From the NCBI GenBank assembly GCA_963715985.1, contig CAVQSP010000020.1, positions 61,453 through 125,452 of the forward strand: a DNA stretch of 64,000 bases, in the 5' to 3' direction. Positions within the stretch are counted from its first letter, which is position 1. Each line of letters begins with the position of its first letter. Made by a program: the position numbers and the translations under genes. The notes beneath the pieces were generated by a model that made no database searches, was not told the origin of the DNA, and saw nothing but the letters and a program-made list of their open reading frames with translations. This document shows, piece after piece, positions 46,239-53,168 of the stretch. The DNA is from an uncultured Thermoleophilia bacterium. GTDB lineage: Bacteria > Actinomycetota > Thermoleophilia > UBA2241.

Positions 46239-46840
46239 GCCGGCCCCGGCACCGCTTCGAGCGTCGCACTGGACCTCCCGTCTCCGTCCCGCGTGCGCAG
46301 GCTCACGGACACGCGTGCGACAGATGTGGCCCAGGAGCTCGCGGCGAAGTCGCCGCTCAGGAGCTGTGTCCCGTCGGCGTGGAAGTAGCACACGGAGAAC
46401 GCGTCCACGCGATCCGCGAGGTATGTTCCCGGCGCTTTGCGCCACACGACCCGGCGCGAGGCGTCCCAGACTATGGCCACCGTCTCTGATGGCTCACCCG
46501 GGTGGTCGTGGCGGAGATACAGCGCCGTTGCGGGCGCCCGCCCTTCCACCGGCGCGAGCACTGCCGTAGCCTGGGCCAGGTCGTCACGGATGATCCTGAG
46601 AGCGAAGGCCGCCGACGTGTGCGCCTGGGCCCGCGTCGCCTGCGCGTGCGCAGTGACCCCCGCGTTCCACACCCACGGCCACGCCGCCCCGAGCGCTGTC
46701 GCCGCGACGCAGGTGGCCACCAGAAGCTCGACGAGCGTGACACCGGCGGCCCGCCGCAGCGGCCGGCGCACGCTCCGCGCGGGGCCAAGGAAGCGGATCG
46801 GATGCGTCGGCGGCTCAGCTGGCATGGGCGTGACCTCCAA
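46235..46840 (-). CDS. PilW-like minor pilin
   Basis: Prepilin leader ...RRAAG|VTLVELLVATCVAA with Glu at +5. 201 aa. Third in the minor pilin operon. Confidence 0.65.
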   Translation of the reverse strand: MEVTPMPAEPPTHPIRFLGPARSVRRPLRRAAGVTLVELLVATCVAATALGAAWPWVWNAGVTAHAQATRAQAHTSAAFALRIIRDDLAQATAVLAPVEGRAPATALYLRHDHPGEPSETVAIVWDASRRVVWRKAPGTYLADRVDAFSVCYFHADGTQLLSGDFAASSWATSVARVSVSLRTRDGDGRSSATLEAVPGPA

Positions 46841-47402
46841 GGGCCATACAGGCAGATCGGCTGCCCGGGCGCAGCGCGCACACGACCAGGTCCTGGGACA
46901 TCACCAGCCCGTGCGGGCCGTCGGCTTCGAGGTGGACGCTGAGGACCGTCGCCGGAGGACGGCCGTCGTTCCACACCGCCCACCCCTGCACATCGGCGGC
47001 CGGCAATGGCTCGAGTCCGCCCGTGGACGGTCTCTCGAAGTGGGCAGTGCGCGTGAGCCTAAGGCCGCCCGCAACGCCCCGGGTGATGAATGCGCCAGTG
47101 TCCGTGTCGTACGAGGCGTCGTCGGTATCGAGCCACGACTGAGCGTGCGGAAAGACTTCGGACGCGAGAGACGGCGGCCCCTGGCCCGGGCCCGCTGACT
47201 GCCGGAAGAAGGGCAGCGCCCGCAGCCGCGCGCTCTCGGCGTCAAGCGCCTCGACTGCCCCCCGGCGAGCCGCGATGCCCGCCTCCGCCTTGAGGCTGCC
47301 GTGGAGGACAGCCGTCACCGCAAGACAACTGAGCGCGAGGACCGCGACCGCCACGACGGCCTCGATGAGCGAAAAGCCCCGCAGGCGCTGGGTCATCCGC
47401 AT
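46815..47402 (-). CDS. PilV-like minor pilin
   Basis: MRMTQRLRG|FSLIEAVVAVAVLAL (class III signal, Glu5). The track ORF 46815..47864 is over-extended. Confidence 0.65.
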   Translation of the reverse strand: MRMTQRLRGFSLIEAVVAVAVLALSCLAVTAVLHGSLKAEAGIAARRGAVEALDAESARLRALPFFRQSAGPGQGPPSLASEVFPHAQSWLDTDDASYDTDTGAFITRGVAGGLRLTRTAHFERPSTGGLEPLPAADVQGWAVWNDGRPPATVLSVHLEADGPHGLVMSQDLVVCALRPGSRSACMALGGHAHAS

Positions 47403-47836
47403 CGCACGCACCCACCGAGCTGCACGGTGACGGTACGACCCGCGTTGCCGTCGGCCACGGTGAAGTGGCCGGCCCGCGGGCTGGTGCCCCCGGCCACGGA
47501 CGGCAGGCCCGAGGCGCCGAACTGGACGGTGCCGTCCGGATAGTTGCCGCTCACGGCGGCGCCGAGATCGCCGCGGGCGACGACCCGCTCCGGCGTACCC
47601 ACGCCGACCACGACGTAGCCGCCGCCGGCTTCGACGGTGACCTTGAACGGCACGCCCGACACCTGCGCCCGCGCCTGAGCCGTTCGCAACACCGAGGCTA
47701 GACGGCGGCCTGCGTCGTGAGCGCGGAAGGTGCCCTGCACCGCGACCACGCCCGGCACCGCGACAGCGGAGAGGATGCCGGCGACCGCGAGAACGACGAC
47801 GAGCTCCATGAGCGTCATCCCTCTCTGTCTGCCCAC
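47393..47836 (-). CDS. FimT/GspH-like minor pilin
   Basis: MGRQRG|MTLMELVVVLAVAGIL (Glu5). 147 aa. First gene after pilD. Confidence 0.65.
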   Translation of the reverse strand: MGRQRGMTLMELVVVLAVAGILSAVAVPGVVAVQGTFRAHDAGRRLASVLRTAQARAQVSGVPFKVTVEAGGGYVVVGVGTPERVVARGDLGAAVSGNYPDGTVQFGASGLPSVAGGTSPRAGHFTVADGNAGRTVTVQLGGCVRCG

Positions 47837-47976
47837 GTGTCACCTCCCGGATGCCGCGCCGCACGACCTCTGGCCTCGCGCCGCGTTTCCACTTCGACCG
47901 GGACGAGCGTAGCGCCGGGACCGACGCGGAGGGAGGGTGACACGCGCGGCGGCGTGGTGACGTTGCCGCGCCGCCT

Positions 47977-48753
47977 TCAGTACCCCTGCGTCACCAGACC
48001 GAGGTAGGCATCGATGAGAGGGGCGCCGTAGAACAGCGCGACCACCGCGCCGGCGGCCAGGAACGGGCCGAACGGGATGGCCGTCTTGCCGCCGCCGCGG
48101 CGCGCCGCGATGATGGCGATGCCGATCACCGCGCCGGCGATGAACCCGATGAACATGGCGGGGACGACCGCCGCCCCGAGGTAGATGCCCATGCACAGGG
48201 CGAGTTTGACGTCGCCGAAGCCCATGCCCTCGTGATGGCGGAGCCGGAAGTAGACCTCACTCACGAGAAGGAGGAACCCGGCCGCTCCGGCGCCCGCCAC
48301 CGGATACTGCCACCAGGGCGCGTCGCCGAGCACGATCATGAGTGGCAGACCGATCGCCGCGACCGGCAGGATGACGACGTCCGGGATGATCTGCTTCTCG
48401 ATGTCCACCTGACTCACCAGCACCAGCGCCGAGACGAAGAGCAGGTGAGGTACGAGCAGCCACGACAGCCCGTCGGCGAGGACGACGGCCACGAACAGCA
48501 GCGCCGTGACCGCCTCGCCGGCGGGATACCGCCAGCTGATCGGGGCCGCGCAGTCGCGACAGCGGCCCCGCAGGACCAGCCAGCTCACGACGGGGATGTT
48601 GTCGTAGCCGCGTATCTGGTGGCCGCACCGAGGACAGTGTGAACGCCCGGACGTGATCCGCTCGCCGTGCACCAGGCGGTACGCCCAGGCGTTGAGGAAG
48701 CTGCCGATGATGAGGCCGTAGCAGACGGCGAGGACGATCAGGAAGGCCTGCAC
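47977..48753 (-). CDS. pilD: Prepilin peptidase / N-methyltransferase PilD
   Basis: The GTG at 48753 (VQAFLIVLAVCYGLIIGSFLN) is preceded by GAGG. Cys box CPRCGHQI...CRDCAAPI, and catalytic Asp motifs ...SQVDIEKQIIPD and GMGFGDVKL. The upstream 79 aa of the track ORF belong to the preceding broken gene. Confidence 0.85.
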   Translation of the reverse strand: MQAFLIVLAVCYGLIIGSFLNAWAYRLVHGERITSGRSHCPRCGHQIRGYDNIPVVSWLVLRGRCRDCAAPISWRYPAGEAVTALLFVAVVLADGLSWLLVPHLLFVSALVLVSQVDIEKQIIPDVVILPVAAIGLPLMIVLGDAPWWQYPVAGAGAAGFLLLVSEVYFRLRHHEGMGFGDVKLALCMGIYLGAAVVPAMFIGFIAGAVIGIAIIAARRGGGKTAIPFGPFLAAGAVVALFYGAPLIDAYLGLVTQGY

Positions 48754-48763
48754 GCCCGCCTCA

Positions 48764-49510
48764 TCACTTGTACCCCTTGAAGAGCTCGGCGATGAGGGCG
48801 TCGAACTCGGTCCTTGGGCATCGTGCCGTACAGCGGCGCGACGCGCCTTCATCCGCGCGCCCTTGTCCTCGGGGAGCAGCTTGTCCAGCTCCGTGACGGC
48901 CCGCGCGCGCACGTACTTGTCGCCGCCCATGTATGCCTGACCCCACATGACGATCGCCTTCTCCTGGTCTCCCCCCTTGGCGGCGAGCACGGCGGCCAGC
49001 CTCGGCAGGTATGCAGGGCTGCCGGGGATGGCCGCCGCCTTCTCGTACCAGCTCGAGGCGACGAGATCCTTGTCCTGGCCCGCACCGTACCTGTAGGCGA
49101 AGAAGCCGAGGTACGCCGGGAAGTGCCAGTCGCCGGGGTTCTCCTGGTAACCCGCGTTTCAGAACCTGGTAGCCAAGCTCCGGGTGCCCGGCGTCGATGA
49201 GCGCGAAGGCGCCGAACAGGTACGCCCGCGTGAAGTGCGGGCTGAGGCGCGTGACGAGGTCCACCATCTGCGGCAGCGCGTCCAGACGCCCATCGCCCTT
49301 GATGTGCTCTCCGTAGTACTGGACCATCTGCAGGTAGTACATGTCCGCCACGGTGGTGCGGAAGCTTGGAGAGAAGTCGAGGAAGAACCGCGGAGACGGC
49401 ACGAACACGCGCGGGTCTGCCGGCGCCTGGGCCGGCCGGGTGGCCTGGTAGGCCACGACGCCGGCCGCACACAGGAGCACCGCCACCACCGCAGCCACGC
49501 GCCGCACCAC
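48764..49510 (-). pseudogene. Membrane-anchored TPR-like protein (PilG-position accessory protein), at least 2 frame disruptions
   Basis: Frame A: MVRRVAAVVAVLLCAAG...YLFGAFALIDAGHPELGYQVLKRG. After ~49152 the sense continues in the +1 frame (YQENPGDWHFPAYLGFFAYRYGAGQDKDLVASSWYEKAAAIPGSPAYLPRLAAVLAAKGGDQEKAIVMWGQAYMGGDKYVRARAVTELDKLLPEDKG). The natural-looking end EFDALIAELFKGYK* is back in frame A. Confidence 0.5.
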
Positions 49511-49512
49511 GC

Positions 49513-50277
49513 TCAGAACTCCTTGCGCCTGAAGATGAGCGCGCCGAGGGCCAGCACCACCACGACGTAGGCAAGCAGGTACGCGGTCCAGAGGCCGATC
49601 TCACCCCAGGAGAGCGTCTGCTCGCCCACCACGCCGGCCTTGACGTCGACGGCCGAGAGGTTGGGGATCACCACGTACACCACCCAGGAGAACGCCTGGG
49701 TGACGGGGTTCTTGCCGAGCCGCGTGAGCGAGAGGACGTTCTGGCTGAGCTGCCCGGCCACGAACACGCAGATGCCGAGTACGCTGGCGAGGATCGCCGA
49801 GCTCAGGGTGGAGAAGAAGATCGTCACCGCCATGATGGCGAGCAGCTGTACGTAGATCATGACCGTGGCGACGAGGACCATCCAGGACGGGCTGCCGTCG
49901 ATCACGAGCACGATGACGAAGAGGAAGAGCCCCATGCCTGCCAGCACGACGGCCATGGTGCCGCACAGGCCGATGAACTTGCCGGCGATGAACGACGCGC
50001 GGCTCACCGGCTTGGAGAAGAGCACGAACACCGTGCGCTTCTCGACCTCCTTGTGGACCAGGCTGGCGGCCACGAAGACCGCCACGATGAGCCCGAAGAA
50101 CGTGACGGCGGTCAGGCCGAAGTCCTTCATCATGCGGCCCTGCTGGCCGAGACTGATGCTTCCGAGCCACAGGCCACCGGCGATCATGATCAGAGCAAAC
50201 ACGACAATCACGCCGAGAATCCGGTCGCGGATCGTCTCCTTGAAGGTGTTGGTGGCGATGGCCAGCAGCTGGTTCAC
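49513..50277 (-). CDS. ABC-2 type transporter permease
   Basis: 254 aa with six predicted hydrophobic segments. Overlaps the ATPase gene stop by 4 nt. Confidence 0.8.
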   Translation of the reverse strand: MNQLLAIATNTFKETIRDRILGVIVVFALIMIAGGLWLGSISLGQQGRMMKDFGLTAVTFFGLIVAVFVAASLVHKEVEKRTVFVLFSKPVSRASFIAGKFIGLCGTMAVVLAGMGLFLFVIVLVIDGSPSWMVLVATVMIYVQLLAIMAVTIFFSTLSSAILASVLGICVFVAGQLSQNVLSLTRLGKNPVTQAFSWVVYVVIPNLSAVDVKAGVVGEQTLSWGEIGLWTAYLLAYVVVVLALGALIFRRKEF

Positions 50278-50993
50278 GCCGTGACCACCTTGATGAAGAA
50301 GTCCTCAAGCGTCGGAGCCTGGTCGAGCGCCTCTGCCACCGGACCCTGCCACGCCACCCGGCCCTCGCACATGATCGCGATGCGCGTGCACAGCTCGCCC
50401 ACGTCGCTGAGGATGTGCGAGTTGAAGAGCACCGTCTTGCCGCGCTCGTGCAGGTCCTCGATGATGCGCTTTACCTCGACGCGGCCCACCGGGTCGAGCC
50501 CGGTCATGGGCTCATCGAGGAGGACAAGCTCGGGGTCGTTGACGAGGGCCTGGGCGATGCCGACGCGCTGCAGCATGCCTTTGGAGTACTTGCGCAGGTG
50601 CGTGTCGGCGGCCTTCTGCAGGCCGACCTGGTCCAGGAGCAGCTCCACGCGCCGGCGCCGCTCGTCGTGGTCCAGCGCGAAGAGACGCGCACACAGGCCC
50701 AGGAACTCGCGCCCGGAGAGGTAGTCGTAGAAGTACGGGTTCTCCGGGAGATAGCCCACATGAGTCAGCCCCGGCACGCCGAGGGCCACAGTGCCCGAGG
50801 TCGGCCGCATCAAGCCCAGTACGACCTTGATGGTGGTCGTCTTGCCGGCGCCGTTGGGCCCGAGCAGGCCATAGACGTCGTTGGGGCCGACCTCGAGGTC
50901 GACCCCGTTGAGGATATCGACGCGCTGACGGTGGAAGCCGACGTGCACCGTCTTGCGCAGTCCGTCGATGCGGACGGCCGCCTCCGCCGTCAC
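50274..50993 (-). CDS. ABC transporter ATP-binding protein
   Basis: Walker A GPNGAGKTT, signature YSKGMLQR, Walker B LVLLDEP, H-loop NSHIL. Confidence 0.9.
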   Translation of the reverse strand: MTAEAAVRIDGLRKTVHVGFHRQRVDILNGVDLEVGPNDVYGLLGPNGAGKTTTIKVVLGLMRPTSGTVALGVPGLTHVGYLPENPYFYDYLSGREFLGLCARLFALDHDERRRRVELLLDQVGLQKAADTHLRKYSKGMLQRVGIAQALVNDPELVLLDEPMTGLDPVGRVEVKRIIEDLHERGKTVLFNSHILSDVGELCTRIAIMCEGRVAWQGPVAEALDQAPTLEDFFIKVVTA

Positions 50994-51006
50994 CCCTCGC
51001 CCCCGG

Positions 51007-51429
51007 TCATGGCACCGTCATGATGCCGCCGGTCTTGCCCCACCCCACCAGGGTGAAGCCGGTGCCCCCGCCCGTCTGCGTGTAGTTGTAGTCGCCTCTC
51101 GTCGCGGTCGACCACGTGTCCGCCTGAGCCATGTCGGCATTCGTCCACGGGTTCTGCGGCCAGTTGTCCACGTAGCTCACTCCCGAGGGATCGACCATCA
51201 AGGCTCTGCTGACACCGCCCGTGGCTGGGTAGCTGTCGGTGTTGTCCACGGCGTAGCTGGCGATGCCGAGCTCGATGTTGTGGACGCCTCCCTTGACCGC
51301 GGACTCCTTGGCCTTGTCACGCTGGCCGATGAACATCGGGATCGCGATCGCGGCAAGGATGCCGATGATGATGATCACGATCAAGAGCTCAATGAGCGTG
51401 AAACCGCCGACGCGCCGGATGGTTCTCAT
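51007..51429 (-). CDS. pilA: Type IVa major pilin (intact copy)
   Basis: MRTIRRVGG|FTLIELLIVIIIIGILAAIAIPMFIGQRDKAKESAVKGG... 140 aa. GGGAGAG lies upstream of the ATG at 51429. The track ORF has a 22-aa extension. Confidence 0.85.
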   Translation of the reverse strand: MRTIRRVGGFTLIELLIVIIIIGILAAIAIPMFIGQRDKAKESAVKGGVHNIELGIASYAVDNTDSYPATGGVSRALMVDPSGVSYVDNWPQNPWTNADMAQADTWSTATRGDYNYTQTGGGTGFTLVGWGKTGGIMTVP

Positions 51430-51516
51430 GCCATCTCTCCCTCGGCGAGACCACAGCTGCCGGGGCCATGTCGGAACGACGATCGGCGGCAGCACAGCCG
51501 GCTCCTGAGCCCTGGT

Positions 51517-51548
51517 GCTTTGCGCCCCACCCTCGCAAGTGGTTTGCC
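51517..51548 (-). promoter_or_regulatory. 32-nt box identical to 52341-52372, with sigma54-like GG-N10-GC (GGCAAACCACTTGC) geometry
   Basis: Minus strand reads GGCAAACCACTTGCGAGGGTGGGGCGCAAAGC, 88-119 nt upstream of the pilA ATG. It is 32/32 identical upstream of the second pilin gene, while the flanks have diverged. Confidence 0.45.
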
Positions 51549-51592
51549 CTGAACGCCTTCACTTCCACTCTTCCCAAGTTGCGGTTCGCCAA

Positions 51593-51644
51593 GACAGTGG
51601 ATACCTCCCGAAAGACAGACGACATCCTCGCATCTGCCGGGACA
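51593..51644 (-). promoter_or_regulatory. Array of four same-orientation TGTC motifs upstream of the pilA box (possible activator sites)
   Basis: Plus-strand gaca at 51593, 51614, 51621 and 51641 (minus strand: CTGTC, CTGTC, ATGTC, ATGTC). Spacings are 21, 7 and 20 nt. The region has locally lower GC. Confidence 0.3.
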
Positions 51645-51675
51645 TCCCAGGCCCTTCACGACCGATGACGAGAAA

Positions 51676-51711
51676 GGCCGGGGCGGCCTGCTGACGCAGG
51701 CCCCCCCGGCC
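51676..51711 (-). terminator. Hairpin terminator downstream of the degraded pilin gene pilA2
   Basis: ggccggggcggcctgc-tgac-gcaggcccccccggcc (16-bp stem with one bulge), followed on the minus strand by TTTCTCGTC. Confidence 0.5.
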
Positions 51712-51740
51712 GTGTCGCCCGTCGCGATGTGACGATCGGA

Positions 51741-52157
51741 TCACGGCACGGTGATGACGCGCCCCGCTCTTGCCCCAGCCGGTCAGCGAGAAGGCGGTCG
51801 TGCCGCCGCCGGTGTAGTGCGTACTGACCCTTGTCCAAGCGTTCCGGCCTCAGCCATGCCGACGTTGGTCCACGGGTTCGTGCGGCCAGTTGTCCACGTA
51901 GAGCGCGAGACCGGCGGAGGACACGTTGCCAAACTCGGCTGCGCGTACCCGTCGGGTACGGTGTCGTTGTAGTCGACCGCGTAGCTCTGGATGCCGATCT
52001 GGATGCTGTGCACGCCTTCCTTGACCGCCGATTCCTTGGCCTTGTCGCGCTGGCCGAGGAACATGGGGATCGCGATCGCGGCGAGGATGCCGATGATGAT
52101 GATCACGATCAGGAGCTCGATGAGGGTGAAACCCCTCGTGCTGCGGAAACGCTTCAT
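51741..52157 (-). pseudogene. Type IV pilin paralog (pilA2) with about 4 frame disruptions
   Basis: MKRFRSTRG|FTLIELLIVIIIIGILAAIAIPMFLGQRDKAKESAVKEG... The sense then jumps between frames: ...DGYAQPS / EFGNVSSAGLALYVDNWP / NPWTNVGMAEAG / AWTRVSTHYTGGGTTAFSLTGWGKSGA / VITVP* (stop at 51741). An extra c at ~51880 relative to pilA1 turns ccgcagaac into ccgcacgaac. Confidence 0.75.
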
Positions 52158-52241
52158 GCTGCTCTCTCCTCTCTCCTAAGTGACTGGCGAGGGGTCTGCT
52201 CTTGGTCTTGCACCCGATGCCCGAGGGCACCGTACCTCCCC

Positions 52242-52287
52242 AATAAAAACGCCTGCGGCGCTCCGATCCTTCGGGCGCACCACAGGC
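52242..52287 (-). terminator. Canonical intrinsic terminator (GC stem plus GUUUUUAUU) inside the pilA2 leader
   Basis: Minus strand reads GCCUGUGGUGCGC-CCGAAGGAUCGGA-GCGCCGCAGGC GUUUUUAUU. An 11-bp outer stem (2 G-U pairs) plus an inner CCGA/UCGG stem. It is the only clear U-tract terminator I found in the window. Confidence 0.7.
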
Positions 52288-52340
52288 TGCCGGGTGACTA
52301 GTTCGTTGGCGGCAGCCCAGCCGACTCAGTGAGTCCTGTG

Positions 52341-52372
52341 GCTTTGCGCCCCACCCTCGCAAGTGGTTTGCC
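52341..52372 (-). promoter_or_regulatory. Second copy of the 32-nt pilin box
   Basis: gctttgcgccccaccctcgcaagtggtttgcc is identical to 51517-51548. It lies 184-215 nt upstream of the pilA2 ATG, and the terminator sits between it and the gene. Confidence 0.45.
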
Positions 52373-52570
52373 TTAGCGCCTCTTGTCCCTATGGTGCCTC
52401 CTTCTCTCGAATCTAGACGGTGACTTCGACGTGACTCGTGTCGTACTGCCGCACCGCAACGATCGCGAGACGCGTCGCGTCACCCGCTCCCGCACCGACT
52501 GCTGAGCTACCTGCGCGCGCCCAACGACCCCGGCAACGACAGCGAGTGCCCACAGCGGCCACGGACTCGC

Positions 52571-52977
52571 TCACGGCACGGTGATGATCGCCGCCGCGCT
52601 CTTACCACAGCCGGTCAGCGAGAAGCCGGTCGATGTCGACGCCGGTGTAGTGGTGCTGTCGCCTCTGCCAAGCGCCGGCCTCGCCATGCCGACGTTGGTC
52701 CACGGGTTCTGGGCCAGTTGTCGACGTAGAGCGCGTGACCGGCGGAGGACCTTGCCTGACGCTCGGCGTTAGGCGGGTACGTGTCGTTGTAGTCGACCGC
52801 GTAGCTCTGGACGCCGATCTGGATGCTGTGCACGCCTTCCTTGACAGCCGATTCCTTGGCCTTGTCGCGCTGGCCGAGGAACATGGGGATCGCGATCGCG
52901 GCGAGGATGCCGATGATGATGATCACGATCAGGAGCTCGATGAGGGTGAAACCCCTCGTGCTGCGGAAACGCTTCAT
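52571..52977 (-). pseudogene. Type IV pilin paralog (pilA3) with at least 2 frame disruptions
   Basis: The first ~197 nt differ from pilA2 at only 2 positions. Later, ...ALYVDNWP runs into RTRGPTSAW where the +1 frame gives QNPWTNVGMA (one base missing at ~52710 relative to pilA1). The natural end LTGCGKSAAAIITVP* is in another frame (stop at 52571). Confidence 0.75.
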
Positions 52978-53168
52978 GCGCTTGTCCTCCATCTCTCGTG
53001 TGCCCCTGGCACCTTGACTCCCGCGTCGTGCGGCATTCGAGGTCCCGCACCAGAATGCTGCAGCGTATCGCCCCGCGCGCTCCGACTGCATTGTCGGCAT
53101 CTGCACGGGGGACTTGACCTTCTCTCCATGCGTGACCATACTCCTGCCCGGATCGCGGACATCGGAGA

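Noticed and set aside
45040-46269. 409-aa Arg-rich minus-strand ORF overlapping the PilX-like gene
   Set aside because: It is an alternative frame of the same strand. Its composition (about 30% Arg, many RRRR runs) is characteristic of out-of-frame GC-rich translation. The 45084..46238 frame has a hydrophobic N-terminus and operon-consistent GTGA coupling.
52978-53168. TGGCAC-like sequence (cctggcaccttgactcc) upstream of pilA3 as a sigma54 promoter
   Set aside because: It is on the plus strand, which is the wrong orientation for pilA3. It also lacks a GC dinucleotide at the N10 spacing.
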